64,000 nt of DNA, from positions 1,355,450 through 1,419,449 of the forward strand of contig OY969415.1 in the NCBI GenBank assembly GCA_963699135.1. Direction: 5' to 3'. This DNA is from an uncultured Armatimonadetes bacterium. GTDB lineage: Bacteria > Armatimonadota > Hebobacteria > Hebobacterales > Hebobacteraceae. The position numbers and the translations under genes are program-made. Below the pieces are notes generated by a model that worked only from the letters and a program-made list of their open reading frames with translations, ran no database searches and had not been told where the DNA came from. Below are positions 11,657 to 21,373 of the stretch, one piece after another. Position 1 is the stretch's first letter; each line of letters starts with the position of its first letter.

Positions 11657-12868
11657 CTGTCCGCCGACTCGACTTCGCGCTGCAGCGCGCCCTGGGCGAG
11701 CCGAGCTGCCAGTTCGTCGTAGAGCAGCCCGCCGCTCACCGTCACCTTGCTGCGGCTGCCGGGCCCCGCGTTTCCGAGTAGCCAGCGCAGCAGACCGGGC
11801 TGCCCGACTTCCTTCGCCTTCGCCCTGCCGGGGATGCCCCCCAGCCGGCCGGCCGCGGCGAGCGCGTCCTGCATCCCGCCGAGTTCGTCCACCAGCCCAT
11901 TCGCCTTCGCCTGCTGGCCGCTGTAGATGCGGCCGTCGGCGAGCTTGCGCACGCCTTCGAGCGTCAGGCCCTTGTCCTTGCGGCCGTCGGCGACGGCCTT
12001 GATGAACTGCTGGTGGGTTTCGGTCAGCAGCTTGTCCATCAGGGCGCGCACCTCGGGGGAGATCGGGCCGAAGGGCGACATCATGTCCTTGAACTTGCCC
12101 GCCTTCAGCGTCTCCATCTTGACGCCGATCTTGCCGAAAAGGCCGGAGATGTCCTGATGCTCGGAGATCACGCCGATGCTGCCGGTGATGGTGGCCGGGT
12201 CGGCCCAGATCTCGGTGGCGGGAGCGGAAATGTAGTAGCCACCGGAGGCCGCCACGTCGGCCATGGAGACTACGACGGGCTTGTGCTTACGGGCGCTCTG
12301 GACGGCAGCGTAGATCTTCTTGCGAGGCCGCGGCCGAGCCGCCGGGGCTGTTCACGCGAATCAGGATCGCCTTCGCCTCCCCGTCATCCGCGGCGTCCTG
12401 GATCTGCTGCACGATATCGTCCGACCCGCTGGCGGCGCCGCCGAAGGGCGAGTAGCCTCCCGGCCCGGCGATGATGATGCCGTCGACGCGCACCAGAGCC
12501 ACGCGGTCTCCGCCCACCTCCAGGCCCTTCATCCCGCCGGCGGTGCCGATGAGGCCCAGCACCCCTATCACCAGGATGATGATCACTAGCAGGCACCCGG
12601 CGAGGCCGCAACCGCAGCCCCAACGCCAGGCCGTGTTGCGCTTCTGGGGCGGGGGCGGCGGGTAGTAGTACGGAGGCGCGGCCGGCGGCGGGGGTGGTGG
12701 TGGCGGGACTGACCCGGCCGTTGGCGGCGGTGGCAGGGCCGCGGGCGGAGGTGGCGGCGGCGCCACGGGTGGGGCCGCGGTCTGCGTTGGCGCGGGGGCC
12801 TGCGCTTCCGGCGTCTCGGCAGCCTGATCTTCGGTTGGCGGTTGTGGCGGCTGTTCGGAGGTCACGTT
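11653..12868 (-). CDS. sppA: Signal peptide peptidase SppA (protease IV, 36K type). It has a Pro-rich N-terminal region and a TM helix. One frameshift lies near 12275.
   Basis: ORF 12287-13063 carries ..VALVRVDGIIIAG..IVQQIQDAADDGEAKAILIRVNSPGGS. ORF 11653-12264 carries MADVAASGGYYISAPA..GSIGV.. and the rest of the SppA domain. A plausible GTG start at about 12868 is preceded by GGAGAG. The gene overlaps the polA start by 4 nt (ATGA). Confidence 0.7.
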
Positions 12869-13005
12869 TCTCTCCTGGTGCGAGTGGGGCCGCTCGCCTT
12901 GACACGGCCAATCGACCGACATTATACTGCGTTTGCGTGAAATGCGTAGGGCAGGCCCGCCCCGAGATTGCCGAGGGGAGCGATTCTCCTGCCTGGCAGA
13001 GCCGT

Positions 13006-13091
13006 GCCGGTGTGGCGGAATGGCAGACGCGCCTGACTCAAAATCAGGTGTCCGCAAGGGCATGGAGGTTCGACTCCTCTCACCGGCACCA
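13006..13091 (+). tRNA. tRNA-Leu (anticodon CAA), class II with a long variable arm and an encoded 3' CCA
   Basis: The sequence is GCCGGTGTGGCGGAATGGCAGACGCGCCTGACTCAAAATCAGGTGTCCGCAAGGGCATGGAGGTTCGACTCCTCTCACCGGCACCA. It has a 7-bp acceptor stem and the anticodon loop CTCAAAA. The T-arm is GGTTCGACTCC. Confidence 0.85.
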
Positions 13092-13112
13092 GCACGAGGA
13101 ACCGCCTGCGAG

Positions 13113-13754
13113 TCAGTCGCTGCTCCCGCCTGCCCGGAGGTAACTCATCGGCTGGCGCCTGATCTTGTCAGCCCAGCGTTCGCCGCACTGCCTGCAGGTA
13201 ACCACCGTTGCGACTAGCGCGACTCTCCCCGGCTGTTGCTGACCCGGCACGACAGGCCTGCCGAGCACTTGCCGCTTCTTCGCCAGATCAGAGCTGCCGC
13301 AGTTGGGGCAGTTCTTCCGGCCCTCGAGCATCTTCAGCCCCGGTCTGTCCTTGGTTACAGGACGCTGCGTGGTGAGGTCCAGAGCATAGCCGCAGTTCCT
13401 GCACCGTAGCACTAGCGCCAGTAGCTTCGTTTTCCTGTCGACTGTCTGCCATTCCATGGTGACGTGGAGGCTGCCGCACTTGGCGCAGGCGCGGGCGAAG
13501 AGCTTGCTGCGCTGGGGCGGTCTGGATCCGCGAGTGGGCACTTGTGGGGACCGCCCCCGATCGACTAGCGACGGCAGCGCAGGCTGCGCCCCGCAGGAGC
13601 ATCCCTCTTGCCGCGCCGCGCGCGGCTGCGACTCCCCCAGCAACCGGTGGTGTCCGCGCAGAGGCCGGGCGTCCGGCCACAGGGCCAGCGCGAAGATGCT
13701 GATGAGCACTCCGGCGCAGAACACCCACTGGACACTTGCACAGAGGCGTGCCAT
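13113..13754 (-). CDS. Hypothetical protein with an N-terminal TM helix and two zinc-ribbon motifs
   Basis: 213 aa. The CxxC pairs are CAKCGS..CRNCG and CPNCGS..CRQCG. I recognise no conserved family. Confidence 0.4.
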   Translation of the reverse strand: MARLCASVQWVFCAGVLISIFALALWPDARPLRGHHRLLGESQPRAARQEGCSCGAQPALPSLVDRGRSPQVPTRGSRPPQRSKLFARACAKCGSLHVTMEWQTVDRKTKLLALVLRCRNCGYALDLTTQRPVTKDRPGLKMLEGRKNCPNCGSSDLAKKRQVLGRPVVPGQQQPGRVALVATVVTCRQCGERWADKIRRQPMSYLRAGGSSD

Positions 13755-13965
13755 CGGTTGACCTAGCCCCCTACGAAACGCGAGCTCCGACGTCTAGGTC
13801 TCAACGGCCAGCGGGGACACAAGAAGGGGAACCAAAACCGGCTCAACGGAGCGGCTGGATGGTGCAGCGATACTACTTCGAATCGGGCCGCAAAGCAAGC
13901 CCTGGGGGGTGAACGATGGCCTGGCCACAGACTGCCGGAGCAGCGGGAACAGCAGGAACAGCGGA

Positions 13966-14030
13966 GGGGCTTCGGCAGTAGAACTACCGAAGGAGCGTGA
14001 GGGAGGGGCTTCGGCAGTAGAACTACCGAA
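13966..14030. repeat. Two tandem copies of the hairpin unit GGGGCTTCGGCAGTAGAACTACCGAAG (internal GTAG)
   Basis: The copies lie at 13966-13992 and 14004-14030. Related units (..tagaactaccgaagcaacgg..) recur at about 19585. Confidence 0.8.
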
Positions 14031-14626
14031 GCAACGGGGAGCCGCGGAAATGCACGCATGAAAAGTGGCGTTTTCGCAGATGCGGCGCGATGTTCCACGT
14101 GGAACATTTCGGGGATTTCCGGGGTGTTCACATTGACGGAATCGGAGGGTCGGGTGGGAGGCGGGCGGGAGAGAGGGGGTGAGGGGGCGGAGGGTGGGAA
14201 TTGGCGTAAGTAAGCAAGGTATTGATAGTACAAGAGGCAAGCTGAAATGGAGTCGATTTCCGTACGCGGGGATTTCGCGATTTGCCCTAGAAGGCGGCTG
14301 GATGGGTCCAGGAGAGGGGCGCGAAATGCGTCTCTTTCGCGGGAACGCCGTATTATGAGCTTTTTCGGGGGAGGGCCGGACTATTTCACGTAGGGCAAGC
14401 CAGAGGGGTCAGAGGGGAAGATAGGGGCATTTCGGGGTCTGAGGGGAGGTGCGCGCAGGGGGGCATAGGAGTGCACGAGATGCGTGGTTCGCGGGGCGAG
14501 ATGTGCGTGTTTTCGGTGGCTTTGGGCCGTGCATTTCGGGGGTGGGAAGGGGGCGGAATCGGGGTGTACTAAGGGGTTAGTACAGTGGGTTTGGGCATAG
14601 GCATAAGTGGAGGGAACGGGAACAGC

Positions 14627-14690
14627 ACGGCAACGGCGGTAACCGCAGATTACGCAGATTGCGCAGATTGGCGCCCGCCGATGGCGGGCG
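14627..14690. repeat. Repeat unit acggcaacggcRgtaaccgcagattacgcagattgcgcagatt followed by a GC hairpin. A second copy lies at 17978-18041.
   Basis: The two copies match exactly or nearly so. Each contains a 3x gcagatt mini-repeat and a hairpin (cgcccgccGATggcgggcg, or ggcccgccTAACggcgggc in the second copy). Confidence 0.8.
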
Positions 14691-14768
14691 AAACGGCAAG
14701 GGCGCTCTTGGGGGGGCGGAGGTGGGGGACGCGGGATCGCCGCCCTCCCGGCGGCGGGCGGGCAGGGA

Positions 14769-16091
14769 GGGCGTGATTCATTGTAAAGTAGCAAGACCTC
14801 CTTGACAGTCGTCTAGCAGGACATGGTTGACACTTTTGATCTGGGTAGTCGCAGCGCCAGCGCGCTGGTATCGCGGGTGCGCAAGTCCAGCTCCCGGATC
14901 GCCATCGCCCGGTAGCTGACCACCACCAGGTGTTCCACCTCCTCCACGCACACCGGCTCGCCCGCCAGCGCCTCGCACACAAACCAGCGTCGGCCCCGCC
15001 ACTTCAGGCACCCCTGGCTGTTGAGACGTTGCACCACTCCGGTGTCATAGACCCAGGGCGCTGGCTGCTCCCGGTAGGGCCGGAGCTTCTGGAACGAGTA
15101 GACCTGGCTGGGACACCGCATCCCCAGCGCCTCGTGGGGACGCGCCTGGTTGTACTCCCGGCGGAACCGCGGCGCCCCTTGCCGCCAGCTCTCCAGGTCC
15201 GGCGGCAGCCCCTCATGCCAGGTGCGCGCTTTCAGGGTGCGGTGGAAGCGCTCCACCTTCCCCCGGGTCTGGGGGTGTGAGGGTCGGCCGTAGAGGAGCT
15301 CGATATCCTGGTTCAGCAGCCACACGCTCAGCCGGGTCAGCCCGTAACCGTTGGTGGTCGACCACCACGGCGCCCCCCGATCCATCAGCAGCGCCTCCGG
15401 CACTCCCGGCTCCCGAAAGAGCCCTCCCAGCGCCTCCTGGACCCCCTCCAGCGCGACGCTGGGCAAGGGCCAGCGCCCCACCAGATAGCGGGAGTGATCA
15501 TCGATCAGGCTCAGCGGGTAGCACCAGCCCTGCGCCAGCGCATACTCTCCCTTGAAGTCCATCTGGTGCAGCTGGTTGGGCGCCTCCCGCACAAACCGCC
15601 CCTGCGCCTGGCCCCGTACCGGCCCCGCCATCAGTCGCCCTTGCCGGCGCAGAATCCGGTTGATACTCCACTCCGCCAACGGCACCCCTTCGCGCGCCAG
15701 CAGCACCTGCAACTTCCGGGCTCCCCACCCATACGCCTCCCGCAACGCCACCACCCGCGCCTCCAGTGCCGCTGGGGTCTGCGTCGGCGAACGCCGGGGC
15801 CGGCGGGAGCGCTCCTGCAGCCCGCCGCAGGAGCCACCCTCCTCCAACCGTCTCCGCCAGCCGTAGCCGGTCTGCCGGGAGATCCCGTACTCCGCACACA
15901 ACTGCGCAAAGGGAGCCACCCGCTGCTTCGCCCGCACCAGGAACTCAATGCGTTGATCCATGACACGCGTATCCTTCCAGGGCATGGGCCTCACCTCGCT
16001 GCTAGCAGACCCTTCCGCCCTCCCAAGTGTCAAGGATGTCCTGCTATATCAGTGTCAAGGATCTCATGCTACCGTACAATGAATCACGCCC
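14769..16091 (-). mobile_element. IS481-family insertion sequence (about 1.3 kb) with roughly 55-bp imperfect terminal inverted repeats, inserted into a REP-like hairpin
   Basis: The left end is gggcgtgatTCATTGTAAAGTAGCAAGACCTCCTTGACAGTCGTCTAGCAGGACATGGTTGACAC. The reverse complement of the right end is ..GTGTCAAGGATGTCCTGCTATATCAGTGTCAAGGATCTCATGCTACCGTACAATGAatcacgccc. The flanking halves gggcgtgat / gaatcacgccc together reconstitute the hairpin that is seen intact at 29853-29872. Confidence 0.75.
14813..16033 (-). CDS. IS481-family transposase (DDE/rve integrase with an N-terminal HTH)
   Basis: Intact 406-aa ORF. It has an N-terminal HTH (FAQLCAEYGISRQTGYGWRRR) and a DDE integrase core (..HQMDFKGEY..LIDDHSRY..). 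It also carries the IS481-like C-terminus (FHRTLKARTWHEG..YNQARPHEALG). Confidence 0.8.
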   Translation of the reverse strand: MTLGRAEGSASSEVRPMPWKDTRVMDQRIEFLVRAKQRVAPFAQLCAEYGISRQTGYGWRRRLEEGGSCGGLQERSRRPRRSPTQTPAALEARVVALREAYGWGARKLQVLLAREGVPLAEWSINRILRRQGRLMAGPVRGQAQGRFVREAPNQLHQMDFKGEYALAQGWCYPLSLIDDHSRYLVGRWPLPSVALEGVQEALGGLFREPGVPEALLMDRGAPWWSTTNGYGLTRLSVWLLNQDIELLYGRPSHPQTRGKVERFHRTLKARTWHEGLPPDLESWRQGAPRFRREYNQARPHEALGMRCPSQVYSFQKLRPYREQPAPWVYDTGVVQRLNSQGCLKWRGRRWFVCEALAGEPVCVEEVEHLVVVSYRAMAIRELDLRTRDTSALALRLPRSKVSTMSC

Positions 16092-16210
16092 CTACGTACG
16101 GCGACGGAACAGGAACGACGAGATTGCCACGCGCGCCTCGGCTCCGGTTGGAGCCGAGGCGGCTCGCAATGACAGAGATGGGCGGCAACGGCCGCCCCTC
16201 GCACTGAGAG
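16092..16210. repeat. Composite repeat built from units gattgccacg-[hairpin]-ctcgcaatgaca. Variants recur at about 19627-19682, 25056-25110, 29906-29965 and 18048-18100.
   Basis: Contains cgacgagattgccacgcgcgcctcggctccggttggagccgaggcggctcgcaatgacagagatgggcggcaacggccgcccctcgcactgagagcgg. The inner hairpins GGCTCC-GGTT-GGAGCC and GGGGCGGC-AACG-GCCGCCCC are enclosed by ATTGC/GCAAT. Confidence 0.75.
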
Positions 16211-16215
16211 CGGAG

Positions 16216-17631
16216 CTAGGTCACTTGCACGGTGGTGAGGAGGTGCCAGCCGTCGTCGCAGACTTCCTTGATCGCCAGGCGGACGACGGGGGTGTTGGTG
16301 TCGTCGACGAGGCCGAGGCCGAACTGGGCGCCGCCGGGGCGGAGGGACTTGGGGATGGTGATCTTCTCGGCAAACCAGGAGTAGCCCGGCAGCCACTTGC
16401 GCACGTCCTGGCGCGATAGCACCACCTCTTCATCGGCGCCCTGGCGGAAGAGATACGCGAGTCGGTAGGGGCGGTAGATGGGCGCGACTCCGACGTTGTC
16501 GATCCACACCTCCAGGTCGATGCGCTTGCCGCGCTTGACCTCGATCGGCATCAGCACCTGCCTCAACACGAAGCGATAGCCGAGCTGCTTGTTGAACCGC
16601 TCGATCTTGTCGGCCCAGGCCTCGGGGATGTAGCACGACTTGGGCATGAAGACGGAGGGGTGGTACTTCAGCGCCTGGTCCAGAATCCAGTCGACGTCCC
16701 ATCCCTGCTCGTACCAGTGGCCGACGGTCCAGCAGGTTTCGAGGGTCACGGGGCCGGTGCGCCAGGCCTCCTGCACGCCGTCGGTGAAGATCTCCTTCGG
16801 GTAGGCGTCGTGCATGTGGTTCCAGCAAAGCCGGTCGGGCATGACGCCGCGGCCGTCGGCGCGGAGGTCGCCGATGCAGTCGGCGCGCCAGCCGATGCGG
16901 AGGCCCTTCTTCTTCGCGGCGTAGGCGCAGCCGGGGGTGCCGAGCATGGAGACGAGCTGGGTCTTCGAGAAGCTTCCGAGGTAAGCATCGACGAGGCGGG
17001 CGGCCGTCTCGGGGGTGGCATTCCCACCCATCTCCCCGCACGCGCCGCCATAGGCCACGTCGAAGCTCTCCAGATTCGAGTGGCCGTCGAAACGGGCGGC
17101 GAAGGCGCGGACAAAGTCGCTCCAGTGGTTGATGTAGAGGTCGTGGTTGTGCTCCGGTTCCTTGCGGCCGTTGTCGACGTCCTTCACCATCACCGGGCAG
17201 CCCATCCCCCACAGCCAGGCGGGGAGGTCGTCGTCGATGTAGGGCTGAACGCGAACCTGGAGGGTCTGGCCGCGCAGGCGCGCCGCCTCCAGCGCGCGGT
17301 CGATGATATCCCAGCGGAACTTGCCCTTCTCCGGCTCGATCACCGACCAGAGCCAGCGGCAATAGGAGAGGGTAGTATCGGGGTAGCGGTCATTCCTCCG
17401 GTTGCCATCGAAGGGCGGGAACTCCGTGGGGCCGACGCGGTCATCCCACTGCAAGCCCGGATAGAGCGGGTCGCCGTTGAAGCGCTGGAAGGTGGTCGTC
17501 CCTTTGTGAGGGTTCAGGAGGAAGGCATCGCTCTCGCGAGGCCGGATACGCTGGATGGACTGGTTGGGGGAGTAGCCGGCGGGCCAGCCAGTAACGGGCC
17601 GCTTGCGATCGCACTTCTCGTCAAAGGTCAT
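16216..17631 (-). CDS. Hypothetical protein, possibly glycoside-hydrolase-like (DUF4832/DUF4874-type)
   Basis: Intact 471-aa ORF with no signal peptide. The assignment rests on weak recall of family resemblance only. Confidence 0.35.
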   Translation of the reverse strand: MTFDEKCDRKRPVTGWPAGYSPNQSIQRIRPRESDAFLLNPHKGTTTFQRFNGDPLYPGLQWDDRVGPTEFPPFDGNRRNDRYPDTTLSYCRWLWSVIEPEKGKFRWDIIDRALEAARLRGQTLQVRVQPYIDDDLPAWLWGMGCPVMVKDVDNGRKEPEHNHDLYINHWSDFVRAFAARFDGHSNLESFDVAYGGACGEMGGNATPETAARLVDAYLGSFSKTQLVSMLGTPGCAYAAKKKGLRIGWRADCIGDLRADGRGVMPDRLCWNHMHDAYPKEIFTDGVQEAWRTGPVTLETCWTVGHWYEQGWDVDWILDQALKYHPSVFMPKSCYIPEAWADKIERFNKQLGYRFVLRQVLMPIEVKRGKRIDLEVWIDNVGVAPIYRPYRLAYLFRQGADEEVVLSRQDVRKWLPGYSWFAEKITIPKSLRPGGAQFGLGLVDDTNTPVVRLAIKEVCDDGWHLLTTVQVT

Positions 17632-17735
17632 GGGGGTCTCCTTGGCGCTGCGCGGGAGGTTCGCCGCGGGGAGGGCGGCTACCTAGTGGGGGGGCAACGG
17701 CAGGCCGGGCGCAGAGGGAAGACAACGGCTGGAGA

Positions 17736-17952
17736 TGACTGCCCGGCACGATTGTGCCGGGCAGGAGCCTGTTGGGGGACGACTGGCCGTTCGTCCCCCA
17801 AACCCCCTCACCGGCTTGTGGCGTCCTGACGAAAGCATGAGGTGGCAGCGAGGGGAGTGGGACGCCGCCCCTCGCAACGACAGCGGAGGAGGGAATGGCA
17901 GGACCAAGTCGCCGGAGGCGACCAAGGGTCCTGCCGAACGGGAACCTAGCCA
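17736..17952. repeat. About 215-bp composite repeat (copy 1 of 2; copy 2 at 29646-29847) made of several hairpin modules
   Basis: Modules: TGCCCGGCAC-GATT-GTGCCGGGCA, GGGGGACGA-ctggccg-TTCGTCCCCC and GGCAGGACC..AAGTCGCC-GGAG-GCGACT..GGTCCTGCC. The two copies are roughly 90% identical. Confidence 0.8.
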
Positions 17953-18178
17953 CCTGCGGCGGGAGAGTAACGGCGAAACGGCAACGGCAGTAACCGCAGA
18001 TTACGCAGATTGCGCAGATTAGGCCCGCCTAACGGCGGGCGGAGGGGTACGGTGAGATGGCCACGGGGCGGCAACGGCCGCCCGTCGCGATGCCACCCGC
18101 ACGCTGCGAGCGCGGGTGGCAGGCCGGGGTGATGGGTGTGGCGAAGACTGGGAGTATACCTTTGGGGACAGGGTGGCT

Positions 18179-19306
18179 ATGACTTCACGCGAGCGGTTGT
18201 TGACGGTGCTCAGGGGCGGGGTGCCGGATTGTGTTCCGGTGGCTCCGGATTTCTCGAACATGATCCCGGCGCGGCGAACGGGGAAGCCGTTCTGGGATCT
18301 CTATCTGTATCGCGACCCGCCGATCTGGGAGGCGTACCTCGACTGCGCGAAGCACTTCAACATCGACTCGCTGATGGATGGGTTCTTCCCACTGACTTTC
18401 GGCGACCAGGGAGATGACGGCTGGGAGCGGTATATCGTCGGCCGCACGCCGGAGCGGATCTATGTGCAGTCGTGCCGGATGGAGAACGGGGCGCGACGAT
18501 GGCAGCCGACGGTCACGGTGTACTACATCGCCGATCCGCCGACGGCAAACGTGCCGGTGGGGAAGATCGGGCTCCCGCCGGTGCCGGAGCGATGGGAGCC
18601 GATCGAAGGGATCAAGCCGAAGGACCTAGGGCCGGAGGGGTTCAAGCAGGTGAAGGCGATGATGGGCGACCAAGGGCTGGTCGGCACCGGTGTGGCGTCC
18701 ACGTTTGCGGTGAGCAGTGAGCAGGAGATCTATCGCTACTACGACCACCCGGAGGAGCACGCGCGGTGGGCGGAGCAGCGGATCGAGTGGATGGAGCGGC
18801 GGTTCGCGCAGATCATGACGATGGAGGTGAAGCCGGATTTCCTGTCGGTGGGAGGCTCGGGCACGTTGGTCTACCAGACGGTGGAGATGATGCGGAAGAT
18901 CGCGCTGCCGGCGGTGAAGAGGGCGATCGAGCTGGCGACGGCGGCGGGGCTTCCGACGCACATTCACTCCTGTGGGCCGGAGAAGGAACTCGTCAGGATC
19001 ATGGCCGAGGAGACGAGTCTGACGATCATCGATCCGCTGGAGACGCCGCCGATGGGGGACTGCGATCTGGCGGAGCTGAAGCGGAAGTACGGGCACAAGA
19101 TCACGCTGAAGGGGAATCTGCACACGACGGATGTGATGCTGCGGGGGTCGGTCGCGGAGGTGGTGCGGGCGAGCAAGAAGGCGATCGATGATGCGGCGGC
19201 GGGCGGGCGATTCGTGCTGTCGACGGGGGATCAGTGCGGGAGGGATACGCCGGAGGAGAATATCCACGCAGTGGTGGAGACGGCGCGGACGTATGGGAGG
19301 TATTGA
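18179..19306 (+). CDS. Uroporphyrinogen decarboxylase (URO-D)/MtaA-like family protein
   Basis: Intact ORF. The ORF track starts at 18116, but the likely start is ATG 18179 (MTSRERLL). It has URO-D-fold motifs and the C-terminal ..GRFVLSTGDQCG. Confidence 0.6.
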   Translation: MTSRERLLTVLRGGVPDCVPVAPDFSNMIPARRTGKPFWDLYLYRDPPIWEAYLDCAKHFNIDSLMDGFFPLTFGDQGDDGWERYIVGRTPERIYVQSCRMENGARRWQPTVTVYYIADPPTANVPVGKIGLPPVPERWEPIEGIKPKDLGPEGFKQVKAMMGDQGLVGTGVASTFAVSSEQEIYRYYDHPEEHARWAEQRIEWMERRFAQIMTMEVKPDFLSVGGSGTLVYQTVEMMRKIALPAVKRAIELATAAGLPTHIHSCGPEKELVRIMAEETSLTIIDPLETPPMGDCDLAELKRKYGHKITLKGNLHTTDVMLRGSVAEVVRASKKAIDDAAAGGRFVLSTGDQCGRDTPEENIHAVVETARTYGRY

Positions 19307-19309
19307 GGA

Positions 19310-19690
19310 GGGGAGGGAACGGCGTTCACCGCAGAGACGCAGAGGGCGCAGAGAACGGCAACGGCCTGCCCGCCAGTATCCTGGCGGGCAGAGCCCGCAA
19401 TTGGGGGCGACCGGCGATTCGCCCCCAAGCCCCCCACTCGCCTTTGGCGTTGCTGACAAGAGCGGAGGGTAGCAGCGAGAGAAGGTAGCAGAAGGCAAGT
19501 CACGGGAGGCGACGAGGGCTCCCGCCGAACGGGACCGCGGGGGCTTCGGCAGCCCCTAAGTCCGCCGTAGGCGGACCGGGGTGGCGGCACTTTGCCTAGC
19601 CATAGAACTACCGAAGCAACGGCAACGACGAGATTGCCACGGGGCAGCGGCAGGCCGCTGCCCCTCGCAATGACAGATAGGCGCGTTCAC
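19310..19690. repeat. Intergenic mosaic of hairpin repeats
   Basis: Contains CTGCCCGCCAG-tat-CCTGGCGGGCAG; GGGGGCGA-ccggcgat-TCGCCCCC (a compensatory variant of the 17775 module); GTCCGCC-GTAG-GCGGAC; and the unit gattgccacggggcagcggcaggccgctgcccctcgcaatgaca. Confidence 0.75.
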
Positions 19691-21364
19691 GTGGTCGGAG
19701 GCGGAAGGTGAGGGGGGTGGGGCCGACGGGGGAGCGGAGGGCGAGGCGGTTGGAGGAGGGTGAGGAGGTGTTGTCGGCGGTGTAGGAGTTGAAGGGGCTG
19801 ACGGGATACTCGATGGTGGTCTCGGGGCGAAAGGTCAGGCGGAGGCCGCGGTAGAGGAGGGCGCCGCGGTGTTCGCCGGGCGCGACGGTGAAGGGCTCGT
19901 CGCCGAGGGTGATCTCGCCCCGGCCTTCGATGGTGCAAGTCTCTCCGTGGGACACGGCCGGCACGAGGGTGAGGGTGACGGGGCGGGCGGCATCTGTGAC
20001 CGAGAAGGCGAGTTCGACGCCGCCATCGATGAGGCGAGAGGCCACTCTCGCGTTGAACCCGGAGTAGCGATAGGAAACCACTTCTTCCTCACCCCCCGCT
20101 GACACCAGTTTCGCCTCCAGCGGCATACACGAGGCCCCATCTCCGGCTTGCGAGAAGGTCGCCAGCTCGGGCTGGAACTTGGAGTTGCTGCCGTCGATGA
20201 CGAGGCCGGCCTGCTGATGCCAAACGCTGACGAGGGCCTGGCGGTCGAGGCAGAACTGGTTGTCGGGCCACGGTTCGGAGCACTGACCGGAGAGAGCCAC
20301 CACCCAGGGGTCCTGCTTGCGGAGGGCGGAGGCTCCGTCGAGGGTGGCGCGGTAGGAGGGCTGCTTCTGGGGGGGCGATGTTTCCTCACCTTCTTCCAGC
20401 AGCAGGAAGGCCTCGGCGACGCGGGCGACAGTCTCGCCGGACAGGCCATCGCGGTGGCGGCGAAGCTGCTCCAGCATAAAGCGAACGTAGCCGCGGCCAT
20501 CGGGCCAACGAGTGAAGCCGGCGAGGCCCCACATGAGTGGGCTTGAGAGGTGTTGCATGCGGCCATCGATGCATTCGACGGGGACGCCGTCGGGGTAGGT
20601 CCAGTGGGAGTGGAGGTCGAGCCCGCGGCGGAGGGCGGGGAGGCCGGTCGGGTCGCCGGACCAGATGGTGTACTGGCCGACGCCGTCGTAGGTGAGGAAG
20701 TTGTAGCCGAGGGCGGGGCCGTGGTGCTCCTCCCAATAACCGCCGGGCCGCTGGTCGGCGATGAGGCGTCGCATGAGATCGGCGGAGAGGTCGGCCCACT
20801 CGGGGCGGTCGAACTCGCGGCCGGCGAGCCAGAGCAGCGCGAGATAGAGTGCGAAATGGTTGGTGCCGGTGCCCACCTGGTGGGAGGTGAAGCGCGCGAC
20901 ATCGCGGTGGGGGAGCAGGTGGCGGTGGAGGAGCCAGTCGCAGGCGCGGATGATCTTGTCGCGCCAGGTGGCCTCGTCGGCCGCGGTAGTCGCTCCCGGA
21001 GGAGGCGGTAGGCCTGGAGCCAGGCGCAGGTAAGGCGCTGGCAGACGAAGGGGTGGCTGAGCGTCACGCCGCGCAAGCGCCAGGTCATGGTTCCGTCGTC
21101 GGCGATGCGGCTGGCGATGTGCTCGCCATTTCTCAGGATCGCCTGCCACAGCCGATCATTGCCGCGCCAAGGGTTGCCGGGGCGATCGGAGGTATGGAGC
21201 AGGGCGGCCGCGAGAATGTACTGCTGGTCGAAGAAGTTCCACTCGTTGGTTTCGTGCTCGCGCTCGGTGGAGAAGCGGCCATCGCTCCACTGGAGGTCGA
21301 GAAACTGCTCGGCGCTGCCAGCGACGAGGTCGAGGCTCAGGTCCCGCAAAGTGGGGTTCGGCAT
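19608..21364 (-). CDS. Hypothetical protein, possibly a heparinase II/III-like polysaccharide lyase, with one frameshift near 21030
   Basis: The N-terminal roughly 110 aa are in the frame of ORF 19835-21364 (MPNPTLRDLSLDL..WRLRGVTLSHPF). The rest is in the frame of ORF 19608-21149. The gene starts 10 nt downstream of the LmbE-like gene. The functional call is weak. Confidence 0.35.
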
Positions 21365-21373
21365 TCTCTGCTC

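Noticed and set aside
12694-13143. ORF 12694-13143 (+) overlapping the tRNA-Leu gene
   Set aside because: It is antisense to sppA and reads through the tRNA. Its composition is Ala/Arg/Pro-rich and it has no homology.
13763-14240. ORFs 13763-14233 and 13794-14240 (about 150 aa) in the long non-coding region
   Set aside because: They are Pro/Ser/Leu-rich low-complexity translations running through palindromic repeats. They lack ribosome-binding sites and overlap each other in different frames.
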